A stretch of DNA of 64,000 nucleotides from Cetorhinus maximus (GCF_964194155.1 NC_135901.1:6200001-6264000), one strand, 5' to 3'; numbered from the stretch's first letter, positions 10,700-23,905 are shown. Program-made: numbers and translations. Notes: a model not told the origin generated them from the sequence alone.

Positions 10700-11189
10700 A
10701 GCTGGAACAGGGACTGACTCTGGAACAGGGACTGAGAGCCAAGCGAACCAGTCCATGAAACTTGCAACTGACGTCTGCACACGAAAGACACGGGCTTTTA
10801 AGGATCCCAGACTATAAACACCTTGTCTCTGCTGTCTTCACCACACCATAACAGGAAGCCAGAATGATCCCTTCCTGCCAAAGATGGAGGAACATGAGTG
10901 TACTACACACTGGCACCTTCTGAACACGACAATAAAAGGATGAGTGCTCACACCACAATGTTATGTAGTTTAAATACAATCTCTCTACACCTAAACACCT
11001 TCCATCGCCACCTACTCTGCGTTTAGTTGTTGCGTTCCTTACTGAAGTTCCCACTTACTGGCACCCAAGCTAGTATCCTCAGAATTAAACGCAACCCTTG
11101 ATCATTGTGCCACCAGGAAATGTAACGTATGGGTCATGTGGAGATGAGCAGAGAGGCATTTGGCCAAACCTAAAGGTGGCAGGTCCCTT

Positions 11190-11565
11190 AATTTGTTCAT
11201 TCATGGCTGGCATTTATTGCCCCTCCCTCATTTCCCCTTGAGAAGATGATGGGGATTTGCCTTCTTGAATTCCACTGAGTGGCTTGCTGGGCCATTGCAA
11301 AGGGCAGCTAGGAGTCAACCACATTGCTGTGGTTCTGGAATCACATGCAGGCCAGACCGGGTCAGGATGACAGATTTCCTTACCTATAGGACATTAATGA
11401 ACCAGATGGTGTTTTACAACAATAATTATGGTATCATGATCACTGTTACTCACTTTTAATTCCAGATTCATTTAATGAACCTAATTTAAATTCCTTCCGG
11501 CCATGGTGGGATTTGAACTCACGTTTCGAGATTATTAGTCCAGTAACATGACCACAAGGCTACTG
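11190..11565 (-). mobile_element. tRNA-derived SINE
   Basis: Same family as 2683-2892, with core GAGTCAACCACATTGCTGTGG..CACATGCAGGCCAGACC. Confidence 0.7.
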
Positions 11566-12774
11566 TTCAACTCAACAGAGTTGATAAGGTGGTAATAAAA
11601 GCAAATGGGTTCCTTGAGTTTATAAATGGAGGCACAGAATATAAAAGCAATGTGATTGTACCAGAACTTGCATGACTGTTCTTTCAGAGAGCCAGCAGTC
11701 ACAATGGGCCAAATAGCCATCTTCTGTGCTGTAACTTAATGGCAACGCAAGCCTTTTCTTCTCCTTAATCCACTCTTGGACAGAGATAATGCCTCGAAGC
11801 AGTGAATATACTGAGAAATATACGCAATTATCCTGATTCCCGTTTGGGCAGAGATGTGACCTCTGTCCTTGTCTCACTTTACAGATTGTGATGGAAAGCT
11901 AAAATCTTTATCGATCTCTAGTCATGCACACTGTGCTAGATGATTCAGCAAAGCTGACCCAGAAACGAGATGGTGCCTGAAAAAAATACTGTATGCCAAT
12001 CTGTCCACCATCAAGTTAGAATTTGAGACAATAAAAGATCACTTTTTAAAAAAAACCGTTCATAGGATGTGAGCTTCGTTGGCTGGGCCAGCATTTATTG
12101 TCCATCCCTAATCGCCCCTTCAGAAGGTGGTGTTGAGCTGGCTTCTTGAACCCCTGCAGTCCATGTGGTGTCGGTACACCCACGGTGCTGTTAGGGAGGG
12201 AGTTCCAGGATTGTGACCCAGCAACAGTGAAGGAACGGCGATAAATTTCCAAGTCTGGATTTCCACCCTGGCTGGAGAGGCAGAACGGGGGCGGGGGCGG
12301 GGGCGGGGGGGTGGCGGGGTGGCGGGTGGGCGGGCCGGCGCAGCCTCAGGATAAAGGGTTGGCAATTTTGTACTGAGATGAGGAGAAACTTCTTCGCTCA
12401 GAGCATTGTGAACCATTGGAATTCCCTGCCCTAAAAAATTGTGGATGCTCAGTCGTTGAGTATATTCAAGACTGAGATTGATACGTTTTTGGATATTAAG
12501 GGATATGGGGATATGTCGGGTGAGGAAGTGGAGTAAGGTAGAAGATCAGCTACGATCTTATTGAATGGCGGAGCAGGCCCGAGGGGCTGAATATTCTCCT
12601 TCTGCTCCATGCTGGCCCCTTCTTGCCTAATAATCTATTGTCTGACTGATTAAACTTCGCCATTCAATAAAACCTTAGCAGTGCACTCAGCTGAATTGTA
12701 CAGTGTCACACTAAACTCAGGAGCATCTCGGGGGATGAACAATTTGAACCATTTCTTTAAGTAACATTCGTGAA

Positions 12775-13410
12775 TTGTTAAGTGCCAGGCAATGACAATT
12801 GCCAACAAGAGAGAATCTAACCATCTCCACTTGATGTTCAATGAAATTACCATCACTGAAACTCCCACTATCAACACCTGGGAGGTTACCATTGGCCAGA
12901 AACTGAACCGGACGAGCCATATAAAATACTATAGCTACAAGAGCTACAGACTGGGAATTCTGAGGTGAGTAACCCACCTCCTGACTTCCCAAAGCCATCT
13001 ACAAGGCACAAGTCAGGAGTGCGATGAAATACTCTTCACTTGCCTGTATGAGTGTAGCTCCCACAACACACAAGAAGCTCGACACAATCCAGGACAAAGC
13101 AGCCCGCTTGATTGGCACCACATCCACAAACATTCACTCCCTCCACCACCGACGCACAGTGGCAGCAGTGTGCCCCATCTACAAGATGCACTGCAGCAGC
13201 TCACCATGGATCCTTTGACAGTACGTCCCAAACCTGCAACCTGCACCGCCACGAAGGACAAGGGCAGCAGATAAATGGGAACACCACCACCTGGAAGTTC
13301 TCCTCCACGTCACAAATTATCCTGACTTGGAAGTATATCGCCGTTCCTTCACTATCGCTGGAACTCCCTCCCTAACAGCACTGTGGGTGTACCTACGCCA
13401 CAGGGACTGC
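12775..13410 (+). mobile_element. Second LINE family, ORF2 3' fragment
   Basis: EYSSLACMSVAPTTHKKLDTIQDKAARLIG..HSLHHRRTVAAVC. Confidence 0.8.
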
Positions 13411-13935
13411 AGCTGTTCAAACTCTTTCGAGTTATCAACAGTCACAGATTGCAACCCTTTCGAGTACAATCACAGTTCTGGGTTTTTCCGGGAGTGGGAC
13501 ATGAACCCACAACCCTCTGATTCAAAGGCGAGGGTGCTATGAACTGAGCCACAGCTGACACCAGAAGACAGCTCACCGCCACCTTCTCAAGGCGCGAATA
13601 GGAATGGGCAATAAATGAAAGAATGAACAAACAATTTTACAACAGGACAAACTATCTTTAAGTTTTAAAAAAAAGTTTTAAATTTTAACCATACCAATTC
13701 CTAGCCCTGTGTAAGCATGTTTAGAGCATGGGGGTATTAAATGTCATACATTGATAGAGACAACTAGAAGATGGCCAGTAATCATTGATCCATCCCAAAA
13801 ATTTCTTAGTTCCACAGGAAGGTGGGTTGCATGGAGCACATCAAAGTTAACAAGCAATTCAGTCGAAGAGAATTAGCTGTTAAATGCCAATTGGAGAAGA
13901 CTGGGCCTCAGTTTAATGTGTCATCCGAATGTCAT

Positions 13936-15004
13936 CCCTCCGACAGGGCGGCGCTCCCTCAGTCCCGACCCTCCGACAGGGCGGCGCTCCCTCAGTCCCG
14001 ACCCTCCGACAGGGCGGCGCTCCCTCAGTCCCGACCCTCCGACAGGGCGGCGCTCCCTCAGTCCCGACCCTCCGACAGGGCGGCGCTCCCTCAGTCCCGA
14101 CCCTCCGACAGGGCGGCGCTCCCTCAGTCCCGACCCTCCGACAGGGCGGCGCTCCCTCAGTCCCGACCCTCCGACAGGGCGGCGCTCCCTCAGTCCCGAC
14201 CCTCCGACAGGGCGGCGCTCCCTCAGTCCCGACCCTCCGACAGGGCGGCGCTCCCTCAGTCCCGACCCTCCGACAGGGCGGCGCTCCCTCAGTCCCGACC
14301 CTCCGACAGGGCGGCGCTCCCTCAGTCCCGACCCTCCGACAGGGCGGCGCTCCCTCAGTCCCGACCCTCCGACAGGGCGGCGCTCCCTCAGTCCCGACCC
14401 TCCGACAGGGCGGCGCTCCCTCAGTCCCGACCCTCCGACAGGGCGGCGCTCCCTCAGTCCCGACCCTCCGACAGGGCGGCGCTCCCTCAGTCCCGACCCT
14501 CCGACAGGGCGGCGCTCCCTCAGTCCCGACCCTCCGACAGGGCGGCGCTCCCTCAGTCCCGACCCTCCGACAGGGCGGCGCTCCCTCAGTCCCGACCCTC
14601 CGACAGGGCGGCGCTCCCTCAGTCCCGACCCTCCGACAGGGCGGCGCTCCCTCAGTCCCGACCCTCCGACAGGGCGGCGCTCCCTCAGTCCCGACCCTCC
14701 CTCAGTCCCGACCCTCCGACAGGGCGGCGCTCCCTCAGTCCCGACCCTCCCTCAGTCCCGACCCTCCGACAGGGCGGCGCTCCCTCAGTCCCGACCCTCC
14801 GACAGGGCGGCGCTCCCTCAGTCCCGACCCTCCCTCAGTCCCGACCCTCCGACAGGGCGGCGCTCCCTCAGTCCCGACCCTCCGACAGGGCGGCGCTCCC
14901 TCAGTCCCGACCCTCCGACAGGGCGGCGCTGCCTCAGTCCCGACCCTCCGACAGGGCGGCGCTGCCTCAGTCCCGACCCTCCGACAGGGCGGCGCTGCCT
15001 CAGT
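13936..15004. repeat. Homogeneous 33-bp GC-rich minisatellite (CCCTCCGACAGGGCGGCGCTCCCTCAGTCCCGA)n, ~30 units
   Basis: Near-perfect tandem copies, a few truncated units near 14690-14840, and a C>G variant in the last three units. Confidence 0.97.
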
Positions 15005-15062
15005 ACTCACCCTCCCCACCCCTAACAGTGCAACACACCGTCAGTAATTCTTGCCTTCATTG

Positions 15063-15330
15063 CTGACCCTCTAAGAGGCAGCACTCCCTCTGTACTGACC
15101 TCCACTCCAAAACTGCAGCACTCTCTCAGTACTGACCCTCCAACAATGCAGCGCTCCTCATTTCTGCCCCTCTGACAGTGCAGCGCTCCTCAGTACTGAA
15201 CCTCTGACAGTGCATATCATCCTCAGTGCTGACTCTCTGACAGTGCAGATCATCCTCAGTACTGACCCTCTGACAGAGCAGCACTCTCTCAGTACTGGCC
15301 CTCTGACAGGGCAGCCCACCCTCAATACTG
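15063..15330. repeat. Older degenerate ~30-bp tandem repeat related to the 33-bp unit
   Basis: CTGACCCTCTGACAGTGCAGC..TCCTCAGTA repeated ~8 times. Confidence 0.8.
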
Positions 15331-17134
15331 CCACTGAGGAGTGTGAGACTTGATGTTGTGCTCATGTCTTTGGAATGGGACTACAAATCTACAACTTTTT
15401 GATTCGGGGGCGAGATTACTACCCCTTGCACCCTGACCACTATTTAACTGTCGTGTCCCAAGGGGGTGGCCATTTTACTTGACCATTATCATGTCTAAGT
15501 GGATGCAACATTTCACAGCTGGTTTCTGAGTCAAGTTAGTCACTTTGGATGCCACTTTGCTTCCATTAACCAATAATTGGCTCAATGAGATGGTGGAGAT
15601 GTTACATAATAAATATTTTGAGAGGCGACAATGAGTCAATGGAAACTGGGCTGCACCTTTTACACATTGACATAGGTGCTTCAGTTAAGTAGTCAGAAGA
15701 GATCAATTAGCATTATATAAAAGCTGTGGGAGCATTTGGCAGAGTTGTATGATTGGGTGGTTAGTGAATGATGAACCTTCAGTTGAAGACAAACAGGAAA
15801 TGTTGGGAGCAATCAGCTGGCTGGGCACTATCTTTGGTGAGAAACGAGAAAAGCAAGTTCTTTTATCAGAACTGAGTAAAGATAGAAATGGAATAGATTT
15901 TCAGCAAGTGGAGATGATTGTTTTCAAAATTGAAATGTAAGTGATTGAAGGATGAGCAGTTTTATGGTGTGGTGTCAAGGCAATTAGTTTTGGGATAAGT
16001 AAAGAAACAAAATGTGTCTATAGGTGTGAATGGCAGAATTTTTAAGAGCAGCTGTTGTCTGAGTGCTTAAAAAAAAAGTAAAAGTGAAACTGGCAAAGGA
16101 AACAAAATGGGGGCAGAGATTAGTCTGAAATTTTTGAACTTTAAAGGCTGTAGGCAATGTCTGATTTGACAGATGAAGTACTGTTCCTTGGGCTTCACTG
16201 GAAAAGTGGAGCAGGCTGAGGACAGGTTGGAGTGAGAACAAGGTAGAGAGTTAAAATGGCTGGTAACAGTTTTTGTGAACTAGTGAGGGGAACAATAGGT
16301 TTTTTCCTCATCTCTTGGTCATAGCACTGTTTTTCGCATGCTTGTTACTTCTGTGGTGAAGGAGGAACCCAAAGCTCTTGAAGCAACGTTCCCTTTGCGT
16401 TTTTGGAAATTTGAATTGCTGAGCAGCTCCTTGTCTGTCCTTCCACTAAACAAATTAGGGAGGCTTTGATTGTTTCCAGTGAGCTCAGCCAGAATTGTCC
16501 AAAACCATTAAAGTTTCTTAGTGAATGATCCATGGAATAACATGTCCGAGAGGAAGACGGCTATTTGTGTTGGTTTATTTGAAAGTGCTACCTTTTTTGT
16601 CCTGTAATTGTGACTGGTAGCGCAGAGCCGATCCTCCTTTTAATATGGCTAATGTTCGTTGGAGCTGTTGGCCTCCAGCGTAAACCAGGAAAACTGATTT
16701 GAAATTGAGATAGAAATGGTTATTGGGAGAGGGAAAGTGAATGTTTGGTGTCTGTAATTAATTTCCAGTCCCTTTTTAGCACGATGTAATCTCTCAGTTG
16801 AATGATGCTGTCTTGGTGGAGATATATGTTAAATCTAAATGTGCTAAGCACTGCAGTGATAGATTTAATCAGGCCATTGAGCAGCTTTGCACAATTAATT
16901 TGATTTGAAATGCTATTGATTTTCCTGACAAATAATGATACTCATTAATTTGAGTTTCTAGTCTAGAGTTCTGACTGAGTTGTAATGTTACATTATTTTA
17001 CAACGAAAAATCTGACTTTGTTCTAAATTGGATATTCCGGCTTGTTTTTGACAATCACCCAATCATGTTCCCTAGTACTTAGCTTTTAGATGCTGACTGG
17101 GATCTTTAAACATATGAATGTGATTATAATAGGT

Positions 17135-17880
17135 TTCCACTTGTGGGGGAGACCAGATTTAGGGATCATCAATATAAGATTGTCACTAATAAATCCAGTG
17201 GGGAATTCATGAGGAACTTCTTCTCCCAGAGAGTGCGGGAGAATGTGGAACTCACTCCCACAGGGAGTGGTTGAGGTGAATAGTGTAGATGTATTTATCC
17301 ATCTTCCCCCTTTAAATACATTAGGGAAATGGGAATAGAGAGGTATACTGAGTTAGGAGGAGGCTTGACAGGAGCATTACCACTGGCGTGGGCAGGAGGG
17401 GTTGTATTAGGTTTCCCTATGTTCCAAAGTAAATATTGATTGATATATTTTCTCTAGATTCTCAATGATAACTGGGATGAAGAGCTGTAGCTATAAGGAT
17501 AAGCTGGGACTCTCTTGGAGAAAATAAGGCTGAGAAGAGACTAGATAAGAGAGATTCAAGATCCTGAGGGCTGTGGACAGGGTAAATAGTGAGAAACTGT
17601 TCCCACTCAAGAGAACATCAAGAACGAGAGGGCACAGATTCAAAATTTTTGTGGGAAAAGCAGTAAATGTGATTTGAGGAAAACTTTTTCACCCAGAGGG
17701 TGGTTGGAGTCTGGAACGAACTTCCTGAAGGGGTGGTGGAGGCAGGTTCAACCGAGCTATTCAAAGGGAAATTGGATTGCTCCCTGAAAAGTGTGCGAGG
17801 TTACAGGGAGAAGGCAGAGGAGTGGGGCTACGCAGAATGCTCTTTCAGAGAGCCAGTGCAGACACAACGGGCCAAGTTGC
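17135..17880 (+). mobile_element. Two CR1 3' fragments
   Basis: RVVGVWNELPEGVVEAGS..FKGKLD motifs and CR1 tails. Confidence 0.75.
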
Positions 17881-19679
17881 ACTGTAAAGATACTTTTGGC
17901 ATTCAATCATAGTATTTCTTGGATTGATGTGCAAATCAAAAGGTTGAATTTGAGTGTTTTGTTTATTCTACGCTGTCAGAATTGACTTCCCCTGGTCAGT
18001 GACCCTGATAGCCTGCTTGAGATCTTTTGAAGAAATGATTTACCCGCACACTAACATAGACAACTGGTCATAGAGGGCCCTGTGCCTTGAGATTGTCCTC
18101 TCTACATCCGAGTAGAAATGGGTTTGGTTGACTTCTTCCATATGGGACTTGCCTCCATTAGATGTAATTAATCCTGCATTTATTTACACTGCCATCCAGC
18201 TGAATGCTAGACCATGACGGTTGACCATCTGCAGGCTAAACAGTTTCTGCATTTGTACCGCACGGGGAGGCCATTCTTCCCACCCTGCATGTACTGACTC
18301 TTATCTGATTAGTTCCGCTCTTGCGGTGTTCCCTGTAGCCTTAAAGTTCCGCAAATAGGAATATTCATTTTAGAATCTGCTGCTGCCATCATTTCACAAC
18401 GGTTTTTTAAAAAAAAAACTTTCTCGTGTTGCTACGGTTTTTTCAGCAGCCCCCGTTTAAAATCAAACTCTGCTGCCATTGAACGGTTTGTGATTTTTTT
18501 TGAGAACCTCATTGTCCGCTTAAGCTTCTCCATTCTCAGAACAATCCCAGCTTCTCCACGTTTTACCTGTACGAGGAAAAGCTGATGATACCATGGACTA
18601 GGAACACAGATTTTAGTTAAGAGACGGGGTGTGGGGCGGGGAGAGGGTGGAGGAGAAGTGTGAAGAACATTTTTATTTTTTAACACTGCGCGCGTGATGC
18701 TCGCGAGGGGTGGTGGAAGTAGGGGGGATGAATGATTTCAAAAGTAGTGGCATTTTTTTCCCCAAGCCTCAGTTTTGATGTGATCCAATTGTTATTAACC
18801 ACTCCACAGCAAACTCGAGGGTAGAATCGGAGGAGTAGTTTATTTTACACATACAAAGAAAACACGTACCACACCTGCCACCCACTTTTACGTTCATACA
18901 AAAGAGGGATAAAGGAACAAGGACAGGGCAAAGACCACAGAAAATAAAAATTATTTCACTGGAATCCAGAATCAAAGGTCCAATGATGTTTTCCTTTCAG
19001 AGTCAGCAGCTTGAAGACTAATCCTGGATAATTCACTTTTCCAGTGCGCAGAACTTCTATGATGAGATGAATTAGTCCTGTAGGCGCTGGTGCAGTAAGT
19101 TCTGGTAGAAACAGTGCAGATGGGGGCTAGGGCCATTTAAACTTGGACAGAATCCTGGCTCTGCTGCCACTTGCTCTATGGAAGATCGCAATCTGCTTCG
19201 CAGCTCCACAAGGCAGGGTAACTGGTTCTCCCAGCTAGGATGGTGGGGAAATCGTGTGATATGACTCCCACTTCTCCACTTTGGTTCGGACAAAGGATTT
19301 ATTTATATTCCTTAGTCTGGATTCTTGCTGGTTAATGTTTCAATCATTAATCATTTCCAAGAGGTTTTGGGGTCCTTTGAACTATCAGACTGGTCGTCTC
19401 TGTTGGCCAAGCCTTGGCCTTAGAAGTGTAATTGGTCTTTGTACAATTTCCTTGGATTTGATCTTTGCAGAATATGCAGGACTACAGGGGAATGGCACTA
19501 GCTGAATTGCTCAGTTGACAGATCGAATGGCCTCCTTGTGTGACAAATCTTGTTGTGTTTAGCAGACTAGCACGCAATAGATTAAAATCAGGCATCCATC
19601 TATACAAAGTGACCTGTCTGTTTCCTCAAGGCCTGAGAAAAAGGTGACTTCCCTCAGTTGGCCTTGAGTTAAATTTTTT

Positions 19680-19935
19680 AATTCATTCATGGGGCGTGGG
19701 TGTCAGAATTAACCGCATGTAGGCCAGACCAGGTAAGGACAACGGCAGATTTCCTTCCCGGAAGGGCATTAGTGAACCACTTGGGTTCGTGGCCGTCACT
19801 AGATTTTTAGTTCCAGATTTTTATGGCATTCTAATTCCACCATTTGCCATGACAGGATTTGAACCCGGGCCCTGTGATTTGAAGCATTGCCCTGTGTCTC
19901 CGGATTACTAGTGCCATCCATTATGTGGCACCTCC
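19680..19935 (-). mobile_element. tRNA-derived SINE
   Basis: ACATGTAGGCCAGACCAGGTAAGG core; reverse B-box GGATTTGAACCC. Confidence 0.65.
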
Positions 19936-20076
19936 ACTCCCTCTCTCCTCCCACGTGTTGTTTGTGGTTCTTAGAAACGGAAGGAGGACTCTTGGAGCTC
20001 ATCGGTGTGTTCATTCTTTGTTCTACGCTGTAGATTAGATTCTAACTATGTTTCATTTTTCTCTCAGCTTACGAGC

Positions 20077-21246
20077 ATGGATTTTGAAATTGCATGGATA
20101 ATAGGAAGATTTTCAGATGCCATGAGCCGTGGCGGGATATCCGAAGTGGCATCTTTGGTGAAAGCTGAGAGGAGCAGATTGGAAAGCGTGACGGTTCATG
20201 TGGCGGTCACCGGGACCCCGAGAGTGGGGAAGTCTGCTTTCATTAATTCAGTCATGGGTTTCAAGGATGGCGAAGATGGCGCGGCACCCACCGGCCCCGC
20301 CCAACAGGTGACAAAGCCGGCGCCTTACAGCCGGCCGGGAAACCCCAGCTCCGTGTTCTGGGAGCTGCCTAGCGTTCCGGGACCCGGCCTCTCGTCGGGC
20401 AACTACCTGAAGACGGTGGACGTCGACAAGTACGTCGGCTTCTTCATCCTGTCATCGACGTGGTTCACGTGGGAGGTCGCAACCCTTGCCAGCGAGCTCA
20501 GGCGGCTTGGCAAGCAGTTCTACCTCATCCGCACCAAGATTGACTTGGGCCCTCCTGGCTACAGGGACAAGGAGTTCGTTGATGACGTCCTGAATGTTTT
20601 CACCGCCGACCACTTTGCAAACCTGAACATTGAATACGCGATTGCTCACTTCTTCTGTGTCTCCTGCCACCAGGTTGATAGGTTCGACTTTCTGGAATGC
20701 GTCCAGGCTCTGCAGAGAAATTCCTCTCCTCCACTCCAGAAACATGCCCTGCTGCTCTCCCTGCACTACTTGGCCAACAAGATGGAGCTGAAGGACTCTC
20801 TGAGGGAGTTCATTCCGGTGTCGGCGGTCTACAGCTGCCTCATCGACCCCATCCCGGTCGAGCAGCTACCTTACCAGGCCAATGTCCACTTTCTGTACAA
20901 CGAGATCCGGCTTTACCGCGTCCTGTTGGGGCTGGACTACCCGGCCTTGAGCAAAAGGGCCAAGCTGATTCGCCAGCCGACCTTTGTCCTCTCGGATGAG
21001 ATCCACACCACGATGGCGAAGATGCTGACGGAGAAGGGCGTCTCGGAGGAGCTGCTGAAGTGGACGAAGATAAACGTGTCGGTCCCCCACAGCTACGTGA
21101 AGTGGATTCCCTTCCTCGAGACCCTGCCTGGAGGGAAGCTGTCTGGGGCTTCCACCATCCGCTTGTTGGATACCATGCTGCAGAAGTTTACGGACGATGC
21201 CTGCCGTGTTCAGAGGAAAATGGAGGATGTACTGAAGGGTGAATAA
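20077..21246 (+). CDS. Immunity-related (interferon-inducible, p47/IRG-family) GTPase, IRGC/IRGQ-like, 389 aa, single coding exon
   Basis: Acceptor CTCTCAG| at 20067, ATG at 20077. VAVTGTPRVGKSAFINSVMG (G1, GKS type), GAAPTG, FWELPS (degenerate WDLPG, G3), FYLIRTKID (G4), and C-terminal PIP..YRVLLGLD typical of IRGs. Confidence 0.85.
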   Translation: MDFEIAWIIGRFSDAMSRGGISEVASLVKAERSRLESVTVHVAVTGTPRVGKSAFINSVMGFKDGEDGAAPTGPAQQVTKPAPYSRPGNPSSVFWELPSVPGPGLSSGNYLKTVDVDKYVGFFILSSTWFTWEVATLASELRRLGKQFYLIRTKIDLGPPGYRDKEFVDDVLNVFTADHFANLNIEYAIAHFFCVSCHQVDRFDFLECVQALQRNSSPPLQKHALLLSLHYLANKMELKDSLREFIPVSAVYSCLIDPIPVEQLPYQANVHFLYNEIRLYRVLLGLDYPALSKRAKLIRQPTFVLSDEIHTTMAKMLTEKGVSEELLKWTKINVSVPHSYVKWIPFLETLPGGKLSGASTIRLLDTMLQKFTDDACRVQRKMEDVLKGE

Positions 21247-22410
21247 CATTGTTTGAGGCCCAACAATCTAATGGTGTTTGGTACACATGAAGGGAGAGGA
21301 AAGCTCAACTTCAGTATCAAAGGCCAACATTGGCATCCTCTGGTGGGTGAAGTGGCTTAATTCCCTATTTTCCTCCATAGTCTGCAATGTAACCTTGTTG
21401 CAGAGGCATTCCATGCTCTGCCAGTCCAAGATTGTTAATGCACAATGCATTCTCTTCAAGTACAAAACATAGCCATTTCATCCCAAGACCTTCCACAACT
21501 AACTAAACGAGATTGGCTTGCAGATGAAATTCTAATTGGCAGTCCACATGGGCATGGGCCAAAATTGAAGGCTAGGCATTACAAGACTCGTATTTCACTG
21601 CAGCTGGTAGCTACCATGCTAGCTGGGTGTGAGGTTTCGCCTAAGCACATTACTGCAACTCCAGCTGATGTCAATGCAACATATTGACTGACCCTCTTTG
21701 TCTGAATGAGCAACATAACCCAGATGTGTTTTCTTTTGTAAGTTTAACCTGTATTGTGCATCCAAGTGTTGACGCAATATTGGGGATCATTTCTTCTATC
21801 CTTCCCATGTTAAAAGTAGCAATAGCTCTTGTAGATGTTGTAATAGTAAACACCATCATTAAACAGCCAATGACCGTCTTTGGAAGCCCGAGTGTAGATT
21901 GAATTGCTGACTCTCCACTTTTAAAGGTGATGGGCGTGATATTTTTGACTTCAACCTGAGTCCAGTGTGGTTGTCGAGCAACACTTCAATTTTTAAAAAA
22001 AATTTAACCTTTGTTTCAAGCACATCAACACTAATTGAGCCCAATATTTTGGCAGAATGGCTGACTATTGACGGCACAGCTTTGTTTTCCTCTCCTCCCA
22101 ACAGGAGGAGATTTTAGAGAATTGTCACTGCAGGGGGAATTGGTGGGTGAAAGGCCAGGATTCAAAGGAAATGCCAAGTGTGTGCAAAAGAAATGAAAGA
22201 TGTGATTTCTGAGCAATGCAAGTAAACTCACTTTTTTTGCTGAAAATGTAAACAAAGCTGTTTCTTGTACAGATTACTGCTGAGTGAGTCTCATTTTATT
22301 TCACGAAAGGAATGCCAATGGGAGTGTCAAAATTCGCACAACTTAACGTTTCAGTCTATTTCCAATTGATAACTGAACTCACTACGGTTATTTGAGAAAC
22401 TTCAGAATTT

Positions 22411-22417
22411 AAATAAA
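22411..22417 (+). terminator. Candidate polyadenylation signal of the IRG gene
   Basis: AATAAA ~1.2 kb after the stop, in a repeat-free AU-rich 3' UTR-like stretch; an ATTAAA also occurs at ~22684. Confidence 0.35.
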
Positions 22418-22944
22418 ATTATTAATGTGCACAGTGACTGTTATCTGACTTTTCAAAGTAGCTTTAGTGAAGGGTTTAACTGCAGTTGACTTAAAAAAAT
22501 TTTTTTTTAAAAACTTCAACATTTTGTTAACTGCTGCATGTAACCTGTTTGTCATCCACTTTTTCATTTTCCAGTTCTGTTCAAAAATTTCCTGTAAATA
22601 CTGTTTTCATAAATGCATGTTTGTATGTGGGTCATCAAAGACTTTTGTATTGGAGCTGTCTGTCACCCGTGAGGAATTGATTTATTAAAATGAATAACTT
22701 ATGCAATTTATCCTGGAGTCAGCTACCTTGGAATTTGTTTCTCTATGCTAACTGTGTAGTTCTGTTTCTGTAAAACTGGATTAGGTATACACACATTCCC
22801 AAACCCTGGATAACTTTAAAAGCAATTTTTGTTTTGATTTGCAGCATAGTGAAGCTATTTGGCCCATGTCTGTGCCAACTGGGATTGGTCCCTAGCCTTG
22901 TGGGTTACAGCATGACACGCAGATTTCCAAGTGCACTTTTTGGA

Positions 22945-23260
22945 GAAGTGGTGCCGTAGTGGTATTGTCACCAGGCTGGTATTCCAGAGACCCAGGATAA
23001 TGCTCTGGGGCCCTAAGTTCAAATCCAAATGGTGAAATTTGAAGTCAATTTATAAAATAAAATAGACCCCATGTCTGACCATTTTTCTTGTTGTAAAATC
23101 CCATCCGGTTCACTGACCTTCAGATGTCCTTATCTGGCCTACATGTGACTCCAGATGCACAGCAACGTGGTTGACTCTTAATGTCTGAACAAGGTCAGTT
23201 AGGGATGGGCGATAAATGCTGACAAGGCCAGCGATGTCCACATCCAATAAATGTGTATAA
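22945..23260 (+). mobile_element. tRNA-derived SINE
   Basis: A-box GTGGTGCCGTAGTGG, B-box-like AGTTCAAATCC, and LINE-like tail GGGATGGGCGATAAATGC. Confidence 0.7.
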
Positions 23261-23294
23261 GGTTGCTGCCTGTACCCCATCACATGAATTTCTA

Positions 23295-23905
23295 AAAATT
23301 CATTCATGGGATGTGGGCTATGCGGGCTGGGCCAGCATTTATTACCCATCCCTAGTCGCCCTTGAGGGTGGTAGTGAGCTGCCTCAAACAGCTGCAGTAC
23401 ATGTGGTACAGATACACTCACAGCGCTGTTAGGGAGGGAGTTCCAGGAGTTTTACCCAATGACAGTGAAGGAATGGCTGATATATTTCCAACTCGGGATG
23501 GTGAGTGACAATGATGGGCACTTCCAGGTGGTAGTATTCCCATGTGTCTGCTGCCCTTGTCCTTCTAGGTGGTGGTGGTTGTGGGTTTGGAAGGTGCTTT
23601 GAAGGGGAATTGGTGAATTCCTGCAGTGCGTCTTGTAGATGGTACATATTGCTGCTACTGTCAGTGGTGGAGGGAGTGAATGTTTGTGGATGGGGTGCCA
23701 ATCAAGCGGGGCTGCTTTGTCCTGGATGGTGTCGAGCTTCTTGAGTGTTGTGGGAGCTGCACTCATCCAGACAAGTGGAGTATTCCATCACACTCCTGAC
23801 TTGTGCTTTGCAGATGGTGGACAAGCTTTGGAGTCAGGATATGAGTTACTTGTCACATGGTTCCTGGCCTCTGACCTCTCGTAGCCACAATATTTATATG
23901 GATAG
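23295..23905 (-). mobile_element. Second LINE family, 3' fragment
   Basis: SAAPTTLKKLDTIQDKAA.. on the minus strand plus the family tail. Confidence 0.8.

Larger units (their letters stand above)
13900..15430 (-). mobile_element. Deu-domain SINE (SacSINE1/AmnSINE1-like) expanded internally by minisatellites
   Basis: Left flank GGGCCTCAGTTTAATGTGTCATCCGAA and the repeat unit CCTCCGACAG..GC.CTCCCTCAGT match the reverse of the Deu core. A plus-strand copy of the same SINE lies at ~27840-28210. Confidence 0.65.

Noticed and set aside
13822-15066. Long ORFs (369-414 aa) in all three plus frames
   Set aside because: They arise from the stop-free 33-bp minisatellite; there is no evidence of a protein.
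15710-16100. IRG promoter/first exon (TATA-like at ~15715, IRF-like AAGTGAAA at ~16082)
   Set aside because: Overlaps a decayed Penelope-like fragment and the motifs are short; not supportable without transcript data.
20005-20076. N-terminal extension of the IRG ORF (MCSFFVLR..)
   Set aside because: GTG start lying in the polypyrimidine tract and acceptor (AG at 20066-20067); intronic.
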